This document shows positions 9,228-18,614 of a stretch of 64,000 nucleotides of DNA, in pieces; position 1 is the stretch's first letter; each line of letters opens with the position of its first letter. Made by a program: the position numbers and the translations under genes. Source of the DNA: a bacterium (GTDB lineage Bacteria; Patescibacteriota; Saccharimonadia; Saccharimonadales; Saccharimonadaceae). The notes under the pieces are model-generated. The model was not told where the DNA came from and made no database searches. It saw only the letters and a list, made by a program, of their open reading frames with translations. The stretch covers positions 318,266 through 382,265 of the forward strand of contig SFVX01000001.1 in assembly GCA_004561445.1 (NCBI GenBank), written 5' to 3'.

Positions 9228-9650
9228 TTAAACCTGATCTTCGACCTCAGACGAGTCTTCAGACTCGTCTGTTGCTTCGATGCCTAGTTGATCATCTGAG
9301 AGTGGGTTGGTGGTAAAATCTTTTATGTAGTCGTCGGACTTTTTGCGCATTTGCTCAAGCTTTTGAAGATATTCATCTAAAACTTTAGCGTCAATTTCGC
9401 CGTCTTCGGAGAAAGTTTCTTTAATATTCTCTTCTGTTTGGTGTTTTTCCTCATCAGAAATAAAGCCTGGTCGCGAGCGATCAAGATAAACGTCGCCAGT
9501 ATCATGATAAATTTTTAGGCTTATGGAGGTCGTAATAATAGCGACAATCAGAGCGCCGATTCCCAAAATACAGAGATTGCGGCCACCATTTTGCGGAGCC
9601 TCACCCTGCTCGTCAGGTGACTGTTTTTTATGGTTCTTAAAGAAAGTCAT
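9228..9650 (-). CDS. hypothetical single-pass membrane protein, acidic C-terminus
   Basis: 140 aa; 4-nt overlap with the upstream gene. Confidence 0.45.
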   Translation of the reverse strand: MTFFKNHKKQSPDEQGEAPQNGGRNLCILGIGALIVAIITTSISLKIYHDTGDVYLDRSRPGFISDEEKHQTEENIKETFSEDGEIDAKVLDEYLQKLEQMRKKSDDYIKDFTTNPLSDDQLGIEATDESEDSSEVEDQV

Positions 9651-10165
9651 AGCGTCTCCTTAAGGTCTTTTACGGTCGCCGCGTGTTTATCTAGCAATTC
9701 ATTAAGACGTTCGATGCTTTCATAAACCGCGTCACGCTTGGTGCGAGTCTTATTAAGGTGTTTAGCGAAGTTGGTCGGATCAGCTTTGCAGTCAATTTTT
9801 AGCAGCGACTCAAGTTCTTGAGAGTAGCCAATATAGTCGTTTTTGAAGCGCTCGCGTTCACTAGCAAAGTCACTCTGTAAAGAAGTAAGCTCGGGATTTG
9901 TGATGTTATTTTTAACAAGACGAAGATTAAGGTTAAGCATTAAATCGGTATTAATAGATTCAAAATAACTACCTAATTGAACACGATTTTTGGTGTCATT
10001 TTTTTGAATTTGCGAAAGTTGGATTTTTATACTAGAACAGTTTTGTTGTATTTTGTCAAGCTTAGCCTGCTCTGTTTTTGCAAAAGTCAGATTTAACTGA
10101 AAAGCTGCGACAAAAAATGCGAGAAATCCTGCAAAAATACGGAAAATATTGCGCTTTTTGGTCAT
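9647..10165 (-). CDS. hypothetical secreted/anchored coiled-coil protein
   Basis: 172 aa with an N-terminal hydrophobic segment. Confidence 0.45.
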   Translation of the reverse strand: MTKKRNIFRIFAGFLAFFVAAFQLNLTFAKTEQAKLDKIQQNCSSIKIQLSQIQKNDTKNRVQLGSYFESINTDLMLNLNLRLVKNNITNPELTSLQSDFASERERFKNDYIGYSQELESLLKIDCKADPTNFAKHLNKTRTKRDAVYESIERLNELLDKHAATVKDLKETL

Positions 10166-10171
10166 GTATTT

Positions 10172-10180
10172 ATTTTAACA
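10172..10180 (-). promoter_or_regulatory. extended -10 TGtTAAAAT, 6 nt upstream of ATG 10165
   Basis: Read on the - strand; no SD. Confidence 0.45.
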
Positions 10181-10205
10181 TGCTTTAGAGCTAGCGTTTA
10201 GATGA

Positions 10206-10229
10206 CAAAAAGCCACCTTAGAGGTGGCT
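10206..10229 (-). terminator. intrinsic terminator after aspS
   Basis: Stem agccacc/ggtggct followed by a T-run on the - strand. Confidence 0.6.
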
Positions 10230-10234
10230 TTTAA

Positions 10235-12007
10235 TTATTCTTCGTCTTCTTCGACAATTTGAAGATGAAGATCTTTGATTTGATACTCGTCCACGTTAGA
10301 TGGAGAGTTCATCATAAGGTCGACGCCAGAACCGTTCTTCGGGAAGGCAACAATGTCGCGAATATTCTCAGTGTTCTCGAGAATCATGAAGATACGATCG
10401 ATGCCAAATGCGCAACCAGCGTGTGGCGGGGCGCCAAATTTGAAGGCTGACAGCATGCCACCAAAGCGAGCTTCGACATATTTTTCATCATAGCCAAGAA
10501 TACCGAAGACCTTGTACATGATTTCTGGATTGTGATTGCGAACGGCACCAGAGCAGATTTCGTAACCATTCATGACCATATCATACTGGTCGGCAATAAT
10601 AGCGAGCTTCTCTTCGTCAGTTTTTGCGCTTTCAAGAGCTTCGAGACCACCTTTTGGCATCGAGAACGGATTGTGGCCGAAATCGAGCTTATTTGCGCCA
10701 TCATCCCATTCATAAAATGGAAAATCGACAATCCAGCAAAGCGCAACTTCGTCTGGATTCTTGAGGCCAAAGTGATCGGCAAACGCAATACGAAGCTGAC
10801 CTAAGACTTTGTTAACCTTAGCGCGAGTGTCAGCACCAAAGAAGACAGCATCGCCAGCTTCAGCTCCGGTCTTCTTAGTGATAGCTTCGAGTTCTTCTTT
10901 ACTCATAAATTTGGCGATTGGAGACTTAATGCCATCCTCGGTATAAGTGAGATAAGCAAGACCGCCAGCACCGAGTTTGCGGGCCTGAGCAGTAAAATCG
11001 TCGATTTGAGAACGAGAGAGGCTAGCTGCGCCTTTAACACAGATAGCTTTGACGCATTCGGCTTTGGCAAAAACTGAGAATTCGGTGTTTTTGAGTTCTT
11101 CGGTAAGGTCGATGAGTTCCATACCGTAGCGAAGGTCTGGCTTATCAACACCAAAACGCTCCATAGATTCTTGGTATGGAATGCGCGGGATATTGTTTGG
11201 ATCGGTGAGTAGTTTTTTGCCGCCAAACTCAGTTGCGAGCTTGACAATCAATGGTTCCATAGTCTGACGAACAGTTTCACCATCTTCAACAAAAGACATC
11301 TCGAGATCGAGCTGATAAAAATCACCATAAAGACGATCAGCGCGCGGATCCTCATCGCGGAAACAAGTAGCAATCTGATAGTAACGCGGAATACCACCAA
11401 CCATCAAAAGTTGTTTAAACTGCTGTGGGGCTTGCGGTAAGGCATAAAATTGACCCGGATGAAGACGAGATGGAACGAGAAAATCACGAGCACCTTCTGG
11501 AGAAGAGTTAGCAAGGATAGGAGTGGTAACTTCAATAAACTCATGCTCTTCCATATAATCGCGCATAAACTTGTAATATTTAGCGCGGCGAGCGAGGCGT
11601 TTTTGCATAGAAGGACGGCGAAGGTCAAGATAGCGATATTTGAGACGAAGTTCTTCGCCAACATTAGCTCCCTCATCATGAGTTGGAACTGGGAGTGGTT
11701 CGGAACGGTTGAGAAGACGAAGCTCTTCGACGACTAGCTCAATTTTACCGGTTGGAATGTTTGGGTTTTCTAGACCAGCGCCACGCTTACGAATAGTGCC
11801 AGTGGCGGAAATAACATACTCATCGCGGAGATTTTCGGCGAGCTCAAAGGCTTCTTTGCTCTTTGGGTCAATGACAAGCTGGATGATGCCAGTATGATCG
11901 CGCAAGTCAATAAAGATAAGGCCACCGTGATCGCGGCGAGAATTTACCCAACCAGAAACTTGGACTTTACCGGATTTTTCAGTTAGATCGTGTGCTAGTG
12001 TTCTCAT
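10235..12007 (-). CDS. aspS: aspartate--tRNA ligase
   Basis: 590 aa with an OB-fold N-terminus and class II motifs (...FRDEDPRADR..., ...GGMLSAFKFGAPPHAGCAFGIDR...). Confidence 0.95.
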   Translation of the reverse strand: MRTLAHDLTEKSGKVQVSGWVNSRRDHGGLIFIDLRDHTGIIQLVIDPKSKEAFELAENLRDEYVISATGTIRKRGAGLENPNIPTGKIELVVEELRLLNRSEPLPVPTHDEGANVGEELRLKYRYLDLRRPSMQKRLARRAKYYKFMRDYMEEHEFIEVTTPILANSSPEGARDFLVPSRLHPGQFYALPQAPQQFKQLLMVGGIPRYYQIATCFRDEDPRADRLYGDFYQLDLEMSFVEDGETVRQTMEPLIVKLATEFGGKKLLTDPNNIPRIPYQESMERFGVDKPDLRYGMELIDLTEELKNTEFSVFAKAECVKAICVKGAASLSRSQIDDFTAQARKLGAGGLAYLTYTEDGIKSPIAKFMSKEELEAITKKTGAEAGDAVFFGADTRAKVNKVLGQLRIAFADHFGLKNPDEVALCWIVDFPFYEWDDGANKLDFGHNPFSMPKGGLEALESAKTDEEKLAIIADQYDMVMNGYEICSGAVRNHNPEIMYKVFGILGYDEKYVEARFGGMLSAFKFGAPPHAGCAFGIDRIFMILENTENIRDIVAFPKNGSGVDLMMNSPSNVDEYQIKDLHLQIVEEDEE

Positions 12008-12016
12008 AATTTTATT

Positions 12017-12025
12017 ATTATACCA
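12017..12025 (-). promoter_or_regulatory. extended -10 TGgTATAAT, 9 nt upstream of aspS ATG
   Basis: Read on the - strand; no SD. Confidence 0.5.
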
Positions 12026-12049
12026 TTTTTTAAGTTTTTTGCCTATCTG

Positions 12050-12472
12050 TTAATACCTTAGACGGCGTGATTCGCGGTCGAGGTCGCGATTTTTGATGGT
12101 CTGGCGCTTATCGTAGGCCTTTTTACCTTTACCGACGGCGATAATGAGCTTGATATAGCGCTTGGTCGGCTTGAGTTCGACTGGAACAATAGTTGAGCCT
12201 TCGACTTTAGCACGCTCAAAGGCGGCGATTTGGGACTTGGTCGCGAGAAGTTTAATATTTTCGGAAGTGTCGGAGCCTAACGTTAGGCCAAGAAGCCAGA
12301 GTTCGTGATTACGAATCGTAGCATAAGTACCCTTGAGCTGGGCGTGGCGGTCACGAATGAGGCGAACCTGCGGGCCAGTCAAAACCATTCCCACCTCAAC
12401 TTTGTCGGAGAGATTATAGTCGTAATGTGCGCGACGATTGAGGACAGGAGCTGGTTTTTTGACTTTTTTCAT
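12050..12472 (-). CDS. smpB: SsrA-binding protein SmpB
   Basis: Start set at MKKVKKPAPVLNRRAHYDY... The 45 upstream Ala/Val codons of the ORF track are antisense to the Gly/Ser tail of the next gene. Confidence 0.9.
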   Translation of the reverse strand: MKKVKKPAPVLNRRAHYDYNLSDKVEVGMVLTGPQVRLIRDRHAQLKGTYATIRNHELWLLGLTLGSDTSENIKLLATKSQIAAFERAKVEGSTIVPVELKPTKRYIKLIIAVGKGKKAYDKRQTIKNRDLDRESRRLRY

Positions 12473-12478
12473 ATTTAT

Positions 12479-12484
12479 ATTATA
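12479..12484 (-). promoter_or_regulatory. -10 box TATAAT, 6 nt upstream of smpB ATG
   Basis: Read on the - strand; no SD. Confidence 0.4.
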
Positions 12485-12500
12485 CAGATTAACAGAGGTT

Positions 12501-14894
12501 TTACCAAGAGGAAGAACCGCCGCCGCCTCCGCCGCCACCAGAGGAGCCACCGCCGCTAGAGCCACCAGATGAACCACCGGAGCTACCGCCGGAGCTTCTA
12601 CCGCCACCGCTAGAGCTGGATGGCGAGCTAGTCATAGTGCGGCTGACATTAGAGACGGTGTTATCCATGAAACTACGGAAGTGTCTGTAAGAGAATGGCT
12701 CATCCGACATATACCAATCCGGCTCAGTAATGGCAATATCTTCAAATTGACGCATCCATTTTTTAGAAACGCCGAGTACATAGGCATACGGAATGATGTT
12801 ATAGAAATAGCTCGGGTCCTCAGCGACGAGCATCTCGAGACGGGAGCGCTCGGCAGTCATAAGGAAGTTACGGAATCCCTCGATGCGAGCAAGCATCTCA
12901 GCGCCGCGCTGATTGCGCTTTGGTAAGTGCATAATAAGCACGATTTCGACAATAACCGCAATTAGCGTCTCTGGAATCGCTAAGAGATAGATAGGATTAA
13001 CATCATTTAGGATCCCAATAATACCGATGCTCGTAATTATACCGCCTAGCATAAGGAAGGCATGAATGCTAATAAAGCCAAGAATTATTAATTTTGCAAA
13101 GAACGGTTCTGCTTTAAAGCCAATAATAAAGAAAGGTGCGTAGAAGAGCGCGATTACGCAAAATATTATAAGCCCCCCGATAATCTCAATATTACCAAAG
13201 TCGACTGCGCAGGCAATCATTGGCGCTGCGACAGTCGCGATAACGCAGAGAACGCAGGATACAATAACGGTCTTTGGAAGCTCTTCAAAGATATGCTTTT
13301 TGTTAGACTTGCTATTGTTGTTGTCGACAATATGATCAACGGTGCGATAGAACTTATTACGCAACATGCTAGAAGTAACATCATCACTCGTGCTAAAGAG
13401 GTGCGTCATAAAATACCGCTCATCTTCGTCATTTCCGTCGTAATCTTTAACTTTGTGAATAATATATTTGCGACCGTTCTGCTCGATTGTGAGGTAGCCC
13501 TTTGAGGCTAAGTATGTTAATAGCGAAACAACGCCATCAGAATCGACTTCGCCCTTGTAATAGAACTGCATATCGAGACTATTCATGCCATCTGGTGGAT
13601 AGAATTCGACTGCCGAGACTTTTTTCTCATCGCGACCATAGAGATACCACAAGATAAAAACAACAGCAAGAAAAATTACGATAGCCGGAATGACAATTTT
13701 GATAGCTTTGCCTGGCGCTGGAGCTGAGACTCCTGGATTATTGTAGTAACCATCATCAAGTGCAACACGAGCCGTGATAGAACCGTAGCTGAGGATACCG
13801 TCATAAAAACCATGAATAGTATTGCCGTCGACGTAATAGATGACATTGTTGTTGGTAGAGCCAGCTATGCCGGAGCTAAAACCAATGCGACTGATATCAA
13901 ATTCTTTTGGTAATCTGATAGTAAAAGTAATATTACTAACATCGCGTTGCTCTTCGATGAGATTGTAATAGAATTCGTCAAAGCTGCTTTCGTTTTCTTT
14001 ATCGATTCGGTAAGTGTAGCCGATTTCGTAATGCTGGAGACCGCTAACTGTTTTTTCACTATCGCCAATACGAATGTCGAGCTCTTGGTTGCCTAAATCC
14101 TTTTCGGTAACAAATTTTGAGTCGACACTAATATTCTCGATGCTAGTACGGCGAGGAGTATTAATGGTGTCGGTTCGCCAACGAGTTGGAAGCTTACGGA
14201 TAATGCCGTGTTTTGGCGTGGCAAAATAGGCGTCAAAACTCTCGACAACTTTAATGCTCTCATCTTCACCAACTTGAACATTGATGTCGTAACTATCGTA
14301 AACATAATCGGAACCCATATAAGTATCAGATGCAAGTATGCCTTGGTTTGCAAACATTTCGTTTGCGACTAGATATACGCTAGTTGCAAAGCTAGTTGGA
14401 ACTGCTGCGTTGGTAGTATGTGTAGCGATGTCGTAGGAACGGAAGCTAGATTCATCTTCCATATCAACAAATTGCACGGTCTTGTTGGCTGGTGCGAGGT
14501 GAATGTTGCCGGTAGTGATGATGTGCTTGTTGTTGGCCGAGAAATATTCGTTTTGAAGTTTGAAGTAAATATCTTCGTCGGTAGTGTTTTCGACCGTGCC
14601 AGTGATACCAATGGCGCCAGTAGTGTCGTTTAGCACGGAATGGTTATGGAATTTGATATTTGTAATCTTGAGCCCATCCCTAATTATGTCGTCACCTTCG
14701 CAAATATACTCTACTTTTTCGCCGTCGCGATTGGTAGTGATCTGATAATATGTTTCGGAAGTTGAACTTGTGCTAAATTTTTGCGCCGAGACATTGGCTA
14801 AGGGATAAAATGCAAATGTTAAAGCGAGGAAAAAGGCAGATATTTTTTTGCAAGTGTTGTGTAATTTACAACATTCAGGCTTTATAATGCTCAT
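12501..14894 (-). CDS. DUF2207-type membrane protein with Gly/Ser-rich C-terminal tail
   Basis: 797 aa: signal peptide, large extracytoplasmic domain, TM cluster, and the tail ...SSGGGRSSGGSSGGSS...GGGGGGGGSSSW. Immediately downstream of LemA, which is the classic pairing. Confidence 0.75.
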   Translation of the reverse strand: MSIIKPECCKLHNTCKKISAFFLALTFAFYPLANVSAQKFSTSSTSETYYQITTNRDGEKVEYICEGDDIIRDGLKITNIKFHNHSVLNDTTGAIGITGTVENTTDEDIYFKLQNEYFSANNKHIITTGNIHLAPANKTVQFVDMEDESSFRSYDIATHTTNAAVPTSFATSVYLVANEMFANQGILASDTYMGSDYVYDSYDINVQVGEDESIKVVESFDAYFATPKHGIIRKLPTRWRTDTINTPRRTSIENISVDSKFVTEKDLGNQELDIRIGDSEKTVSGLQHYEIGYTYRIDKENESSFDEFYYNLIEEQRDVSNITFTIRLPKEFDISRIGFSSGIAGSTNNNVIYYVDGNTIHGFYDGILSYGSITARVALDDGYYNNPGVSAPAPGKAIKIVIPAIVIFLAVVFILWYLYGRDEKKVSAVEFYPPDGMNSLDMQFYYKGEVDSDGVVSLLTYLASKGYLTIEQNGRKYIIHKVKDYDGNDEDERYFMTHLFSTSDDVTSSMLRNKFYRTVDHIVDNNNSKSNKKHIFEELPKTVIVSCVLCVIATVAAPMIACAVDFGNIEIIGGLIIFCVIALFYAPFFIIGFKAEPFFAKLIILGFISIHAFLMLGGIITSIGIIGILNDVNPIYLLAIPETLIAVIVEIVLIMHLPKRNQRGAEMLARIEGFRNFLMTAERSRLEMLVAEDPSYFYNIIPYAYVLGVSKKWMRQFEDIAITEPDWYMSDEPFSYRHFRSFMDNTVSNVSRTMTSSPSSSSGGGRSSGGSSGGSSGGSSGGGSSGGGGGGGGSSSW

Positions 14895-14896
14895 AA

Positions 14897-15460
14897 CTAA
14901 AATTTTACTTTGACATTTTCGCGCTCAGTGGCGTCGATAGTAAACATTTCTTTCTTGTGATAGCCAAAAATCATCGCGAAGAGACAACCTGGGATCATCT
15001 GAACTTTATTGTTGTAGTTTTTGACGGCGCCGTTGTAGAATTTGCGGGCGTTACTGATATCTTTTTCAACCTCGGTTAGTTGAAGATTGAGATCCTTAAA
15101 GTTTTCACTAGCCTTAAGCTCTGGGTAGCTTTCGGCGAGCGCCATAATGCGAGCGATACCCTGCTGAAGTTGCTGGTTGGCGGCAATTTTTTCGTCGCTA
15201 TTCATCTTGGAGTAGGAAGAGTTGCGAAGCTCGACGACGTCTTTAAAGGTTTCTTTTTCGTGCTTTGCGTAACCTTTGACAGTCTCGACAAGATTCGGAA
15301 TGAGATCCCAACGTTTTTTAAGATAGACGTCCATAGTCGAGAAAGCTTCTTCGACTTGGTTAGAAAGGACGACAAAAGAATTTTTATAACCAATCCCGGC
15401 AATAATTAAAATGATAAGAATTGCGACGACCGCGATTAAGATAATAGCCCAAGCAGGCAT
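14897..15460 (-). CDS. lemA: LemA family protein
   Basis: 187 aa with an N-terminal TM and the LemA-like helical body ...YPELKASENF...L...E..I..AR..YN; GGGAGG SD. Confidence 0.85.
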   Translation of the reverse strand: MPAWAIILIAVVAILIILIIAGIGYKNSFVVLSNQVEEAFSTMDVYLKKRWDLIPNLVETVKGYAKHEKETFKDVVELRNSSYSKMNSDEKIAANQQLQQGIARIMALAESYPELKASENFKDLNLQLTEVEKDISNARKFYNGAVKNYNNKVQMIPGCLFAMIFGYHKKEMFTIDATERENVKVKF

Positions 15461-15514
15461 AAAACCTCCCTTATTAGTTCTTATGTTTATTTTACTATAT
15501 TTTAAGCAATATTA

Positions 15515-16279
15515 TTACGGAAGTTCTTTACGAATTTTGCGCTCGAGACTTTTATTGTAACCTTTTTCGAGTTTGGAGTATTTACGCGGACCAAGTGTTT
15601 TGAAACCAGCGAGAGCGAGATCATTCTTGGCCTTTTCGCTACGTTTATGCCAGGTGGAAGCATAGTGATGAAAGGCGATAGTATTTTCAGTAATGTGCTC
15701 TTCTCCGGTCAGATAGTGTTTTGGTGAAAAGTATTCAGGCGCGAAAGTAGCAAAAAGATTGTCGCCATAAACACGAGTTTCACCGTCGAGCTCGATATTA
15801 TAGATGTCTTTAGCATAAACAGATGGGCTGTGGACGGTCTTGAGAAAAGTGTCAGTAGTGATTGGCTTTTTAGGATTAACGAGTTCGTAGCGTTTGAGGA
15901 TTTTGGCAATCCATGGTGAATATTTTTTGGCGCCAAACATAGCAGTCGTGAACCAATATTGAGTTTCCCAACCAGCAAAGCCGTCATACTTAAGGAGTTC
16001 GTCGAGAGGTTTTAGGAGTTCGACATCAGTATCCATATAAATACCACCTTCAGTATAGATGGCGTACATGCGAATAATATCAGAGGCGAGCGCCCAACGT
16101 TTTTTCTCGATAGCTTTGGCCACTAAAGGAAAACGCTCAAGATCAATATCTTTCTCGGTCCAGTGTCGAATTTCATAGTCAGGGTTTAGTCGTTGCCAGC
16201 CCTCAATGTATGTTTGATCTTCTGCGGGTAATGGCGAGTCTCCCAACCAGACATAATGTATCTTTTTTGGTATTGCCAT
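15515..16279 (-). CDS. glycosyltransferase, DXD-type (GT32-like)
   Basis: IPKKIHYVWLG... and ...GGIYMDTDVE... motifs. Confidence 0.75.
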   Translation of the reverse strand: MAIPKKIHYVWLGDSPLPAEDQTYIEGWQRLNPDYEIRHWTEKDIDLERFPLVAKAIEKKRWALASDIIRMYAIYTEGGIYMDTDVELLKPLDELLKYDGFAGWETQYWFTTAMFGAKKYSPWIAKILKRYELVNPKKPITTDTFLKTVHSPSVYAKDIYNIELDGETRVYGDNLFATFAPEYFSPKHYLTGEEHITENTIAFHHYASTWHKRSEKAKNDLALAGFKTLGPRKYSKLEKGYNKSLERKIRKELP

Positions 16280-16280
16280 A

Positions 16281-16289
16281 TGCTAAAAT
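16281..16289 (+). promoter_or_regulatory. extended -10 TGcTAAAAT, 9 nt upstream of ATG 16299
   Basis: Lies in the 19-bp gap between divergent start codons; no SD. Confidence 0.5.
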
Positions 16290-16290
16290 T

Positions 16291-16299
16291 ATTGTAGCA
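16291..16299 (-). promoter_or_regulatory. extended -10 TGcTACAAT, 11 nt upstream of ATG 16279
   Basis: Read on the - strand; abuts the + strand box and overlaps the A (16299) of the opposite start codon (16299-16301). Confidence 0.45.
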
Positions 16300-17597
16300 T
16301 GAAAATTGTTATCTCTACCGATATCTACTATCCAATGATTAATGGCGTAGCGGTATTTTCTCGAAATTTAGCAGCGGGCCTGACGAAACGTGGCCACGAT
16401 GTGCTGGTACTTGCGCCGAGTATTTCTGGCGATTTTGAAAGTGAATACGACGAAGAATATGGCTTTAAGGTAGTGCGACTAAGCTCAAAAAAGATGATGC
16501 TCTACCCTGATCAGATTAACAAGGTGCCAGAAAAGAAAGATTTCTTAGGCATGAAGATGCCACAGTTGCTTTATAAGAATGGCTTGCACGTGAGCTATAT
16601 GCCGGATCTTGAGATAAAGCGCGTATTGTCGGAGTTTCAGCCAGACATTATCCATAATCAGACACCTGGGCCAGTGGCGCTCGCGATTTTGCGTTATGCA
16701 CGTCGCCATAAAGTGGCGCTGGTTTCGACAGATCACGCATATCCGGATAATTTGACGCAACAAGTGAAGTTGCCGGAACTAGCAAAAAAGCCAATTAATG
16801 CCGTAATGAATGCGTATTTTGTGAGTTTTTTGAAGCGCAGCGATTATGCGACGGTGCCGACTGAGCAGGTGCTAACGGATTGTATTCCAAAAAGTAAGTT
16901 ATTCTTCCGCGTGCCAATTGAGGCGCTAAGTAACGGTATTGATTTGTCGCGTTTTGCGAAAGGTCGAGTAAACCACGAGATTTATGAGCGCTATGATATA
17001 AATCCCCAAAAACCGACAATTTTATACATCGGACGAGTTGATCCAGAAAAAAGCCTCGATGTGTTAATGAATGCTTTTATTAAAGTACAGGAAAAAGTCG
17101 AGAACGCACAGTTAGTGGTGGTGGGCGACGGCACGATGCGTCCGAAGCTTGAAAAAATGGCGGAAAAGGCTGGGATTTCAGATAAAGTCGTGTTTACAGG
17201 GCGCGTGATTGGCAAAGATTTACCGCAACTTTATAGGACTGGAGATGTATTTGCAATTACATCAAAAACTGAAACACAAAGTATTGTACTCCTTGAAGCG
17301 ATGGCAACAGGGTTACCAGCAGTAGCTGTAAAGGCGGGTGCAATTCCAGAACTCGTACATAACGGCGAAAACGGCTATCTTTGCGAGGCGGACGATGTTG
17401 ATGCAGTAGCAAAGAGCTTGATTTGTATTTTACAAGATAAAAACCTACGCGAGACAATGTCGGAAAAATCGCTGGAATTAATTAAGAAGCATGACATTTC
17501 CTATACTTTGACACGTATTGAAGAAATCTATCATCGTGTTTTGGACGAGAAAAAGACTCATCTTGATGATTATGATGAGTCTATGGACGAAGACTAA
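16299..17597 (+). CDS. family 4 (GT-B) glycosyltransferase
   Basis: 432 aa with ...ETQSIVLLEAMATGLPAVAVKAGAIPELV... EX7E-type motif. Confidence 0.85.
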   Translation: MKIVISTDIYYPMINGVAVFSRNLAAGLTKRGHDVLVLAPSISGDFESEYDEEYGFKVVRLSSKKMMLYPDQINKVPEKKDFLGMKMPQLLYKNGLHVSYMPDLEIKRVLSEFQPDIIHNQTPGPVALAILRYARRHKVALVSTDHAYPDNLTQQVKLPELAKKPINAVMNAYFVSFLKRSDYATVPTEQVLTDCIPKSKLFFRVPIEALSNGIDLSRFAKGRVNHEIYERYDINPQKPTILYIGRVDPEKSLDVLMNAFIKVQEKVENAQLVVVGDGTMRPKLEKMAEKAGISDKVVFTGRVIGKDLPQLYRTGDVFAITSKTETQSIVLLEAMATGLPAVAVKAGAIPELVHNGENGYLCEADDVDAVAKSLICILQDKNLRETMSEKSLELIKKHDISYTLTRIEEIYHRVLDEKKTHLDDYDESMDED

Positions 17598-18370
17598 TTT
17601 TCACCAATAAACTCAGCAATAAGACGCGCGACAGTTTTTGGACATTCATAATTGATAAGATGACCTTTGTTTTTGATGATCTTGTAAGTTTGCTTTGCTT
17701 CTTTAATACGAGAAGTCGAGCGCTTTACGGAACCTAGTTTATCGCAATCGCCAAAACAAAAGAGGATTTCTTTATTCTCTGGGATAATAGTTTCTTTTTG
17801 CATGGAAATCTTGCAGTCAGCTAGTAAAGAATCAGCGGAAGCAAAGAGGCAGTACCGATAATGCAAGAAGTCGATTTCTTTTTGCTTTGATTTATCGACG
17901 GTTAGAAAATGCGAAATCAGGAAAGAGACCGGCTTGCTGCGCATAAGATTATAGCGCGGCTTTTTGGGAAGTAGATGAAGCGCACCAAACATAAGAGCAT
18001 ATTCGATGTTGCTGATTACTCTGCTAAATGGACTACGAAAGATTGGCGACAGTAGAACAACACGGCGGTCGACGAGCTCAGGATATTTATCGATAAAATA
18101 CGAAGTAACAATAGAACCCATCGAGTGACCAATTATGATTGGCGGCTGATCAAGTTTTAATTTCTTAATATAATTACAAAACCATTTTGCATACCCGTCA
18201 AGAGTTTTATCTTTAAGCTCGGGACGAGTACCAGAGCCTGGTAAATCTGGCGCAAAAACTTGATAGCCGTACTTTTTGGTCAAAGTTTTGGCGATATCTT
18301 GGACACCAAAATGGTTCCCGCGCAGGCCGTGAATAAGAATAATGGCAGGCTGAGCGGAAGTTTTAGGCAT
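17594..18370 (-). CDS. alpha/beta hydrolase
   Basis: 258 aa with HGLRG oxyanion region and GHSMGS nucleophile elbow. Confidence 0.75.
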   Translation of the reverse strand: MPKTSAQPAIILIHGLRGNHFGVQDIAKTLTKKYGYQVFAPDLPGSGTRPELKDKTLDGYAKWFCNYIKKLKLDQPPIIIGHSMGSIVTSYFIDKYPELVDRRVVLLSPIFRSPFSRVISNIEYALMFGALHLLPKKPRYNLMRSKPVSFLISHFLTVDKSKQKEIDFLHYRYCLFASADSLLADCKISMQKETIIPENKEILFCFGDCDKLGSVKRSTSRIKEAKQTYKIIKNKGHLINYECPKTVARLIAEFIGEN

Positions 18371-18612
18371 TATTTTTGCGCTTTCATGATTTTTTTGAAG
18401 GCTGGACGATCAAAACCGAGAATTTCTTGGCCATCAACGATAGAAACTGGCACGCCTTCGATTGGATGACCGAGCGCTTCTTCGGCCTTGGCGTGGTTTA
18501 CTGGATCAGAAACATCGATTTGCTCGTATTCAAAGCCTTCGCCATCTAGCCATTCCATAAGAGCGTGGCAGAAGATACAAGTTGGGGTAGTATAAATAAT
18601 AGCTTTACTCAT
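18370..18612 (-). CDS. glutaredoxin-like (NrdH/Grx family) protein
   Basis: 80 aa with CIFC active site, ...VP... and ...GF... thioredoxin-fold landmarks. Confidence 0.75.
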   Translation of the reverse strand: MSKAIIYTTPTCIFCHALMEWLDGEGFEYEQIDVSDPVNHAKAEEALGHPIEGVPVSIVDGQEILGFDRPAFKKIMKAQK

Positions 18613-18614
18613 TT

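Noticed and set aside
12473-12607. N-terminal 45-codon Ala/Val-rich extension of smpB in the ORF track
   Set aside because: It is the antisense reading of the GC-rich Gly/Ser-tail codons of the DUF2207 gene. A -10 box and the conserved SmpB N-terminus start at 12472.
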